Shown here piece after piece: positions 63,720 to 64,000 of a DNA stretch of 64,000 bases (its first letter is position 1; each line of letters starts with the position of its first letter). This stretch comes from an uncultured Bacilli bacterium (GTDB lineage Bacteria > Bacillota_I > Bacilli_A > RF39 > UBA660). The notes under the pieces are model-generated. The model had not been told where the DNA came from, made no database searches, and worked only from the letters and a program-made list of their open reading frames with translations. Position numbers and translations under genes: made by a program. The stretch lies in NCBI GenBank assembly GCA_944372425.1, contig CALVZC010000001.1, forward strand, positions 22,444-86,443, read 5' to 3'.

Positions 63720-64000
63720 TTATTTATTTTCAATATTATTCTTAATAAACTCTAATAAATTAACAACTCTATCGTATTCCATACGTTTTGGACCAATAAT
63801 AGCAATCGTACCTTCTTCTTTATCAGTTTTATATTTTGTTTTTATCATTGTCATATCATCATCAATATTACTTTCTTTACCAATATAAATTTTAATATTA
63901 TTATCATCATCATTTTCTACAATATTTTCAATATTACTATCATCTAATTTATCCATTATATTTCTTACTTTTTCAACATTGCTAAACTCTGGAAGTTTTA
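63720..64000 (-). CDS. hrcA: heat-inducible repressor HrcA (C-terminal part; the gene continues beyond the window)
   Basis: GTIAIIGPKRMEYDRVVNLLEFI is a typical HrcA C-terminus. The reverse frame stays open to the window edge. Position upstream of grpE-dnaK. Confidence 0.8.
   Translation of the reverse strand, partial: KLPEFSNVEKVRNIMDKLDDSNIENIVENDDDNNIKIYIGKESNIDDDMTMIKTKYKTDKEEGTIAIIGPKRMEYDRVVNLLEFIKNNIENK

Overview
This is a very AT-rich chromosomal segment (by eye about 25-30% GC, not computed) from a spore-forming Firmicute. Supporting genes are a gerA-type germinant receptor operon, SpoVB- and SpoIIM-like genes, DUF1540 and DUF421/YetF-like proteins. It uses the standard bacterial code: tgt, miaA, rsmE and mutS all end in TGA.

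Most of the window is ordinary housekeeping:
- An rRNA methyltransferase, tgt, rnc, and a T-box leader followed by pheS and pheT.
- Two tRNAs.
- DNA repair and tRNA modification genes: mutS, cvpA, trx, yigZ, uvrC, mutL, miaA, rsmE, mtaB, mnmA, deoB, xerD, rarA.
- The heat-shock operon hrcA-grpE-dnaK-pepF-dnaJ.
- An ABC exporter with a two-component system.
- A PlsC / acyl-AMP ligase / PlsC lipid module.

Two regions stand out.
1. The last ~150 bp of a secreted FGE/C-type-lectin-like protein gene (14289..15800) switch abruptly to about 55% GC. They are adenine-depleted and dominated by NNC codons. This is the classic footprint of a diversity-generating retroelement (DGR) variable region. No reverse transcriptase or template repeat is visible in this window, so it would be an orphan or remote target. 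This is my best candidate for something unusual, and it is unproven.
2. A ~5 kb decayed integrative element follows tRNA-Leu (about 25456..30518). Its large serine recombinase is kept in one frame but broken by seven in-frame TAA/TGA stops with no frameshift. The island also holds a frameshifted KilA-N gene, an uncharacterised two-gene cassette, and small promoter-to-terminator units.

Other points of interest are two paralogous kinase-like genes flanking yigZ, pepF embedded in the dnaK operon, a 28-aa hydrophobic micro-ORF upstream of the spoVB-like gene, a metal-site-less ZnuA-like lipoprotein, and a Cys-rich orphan. I saw no CRISPR array, rRNA or intact transposase.

All calls rest on reading the sequence and the ORF translations. 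No searches were run.
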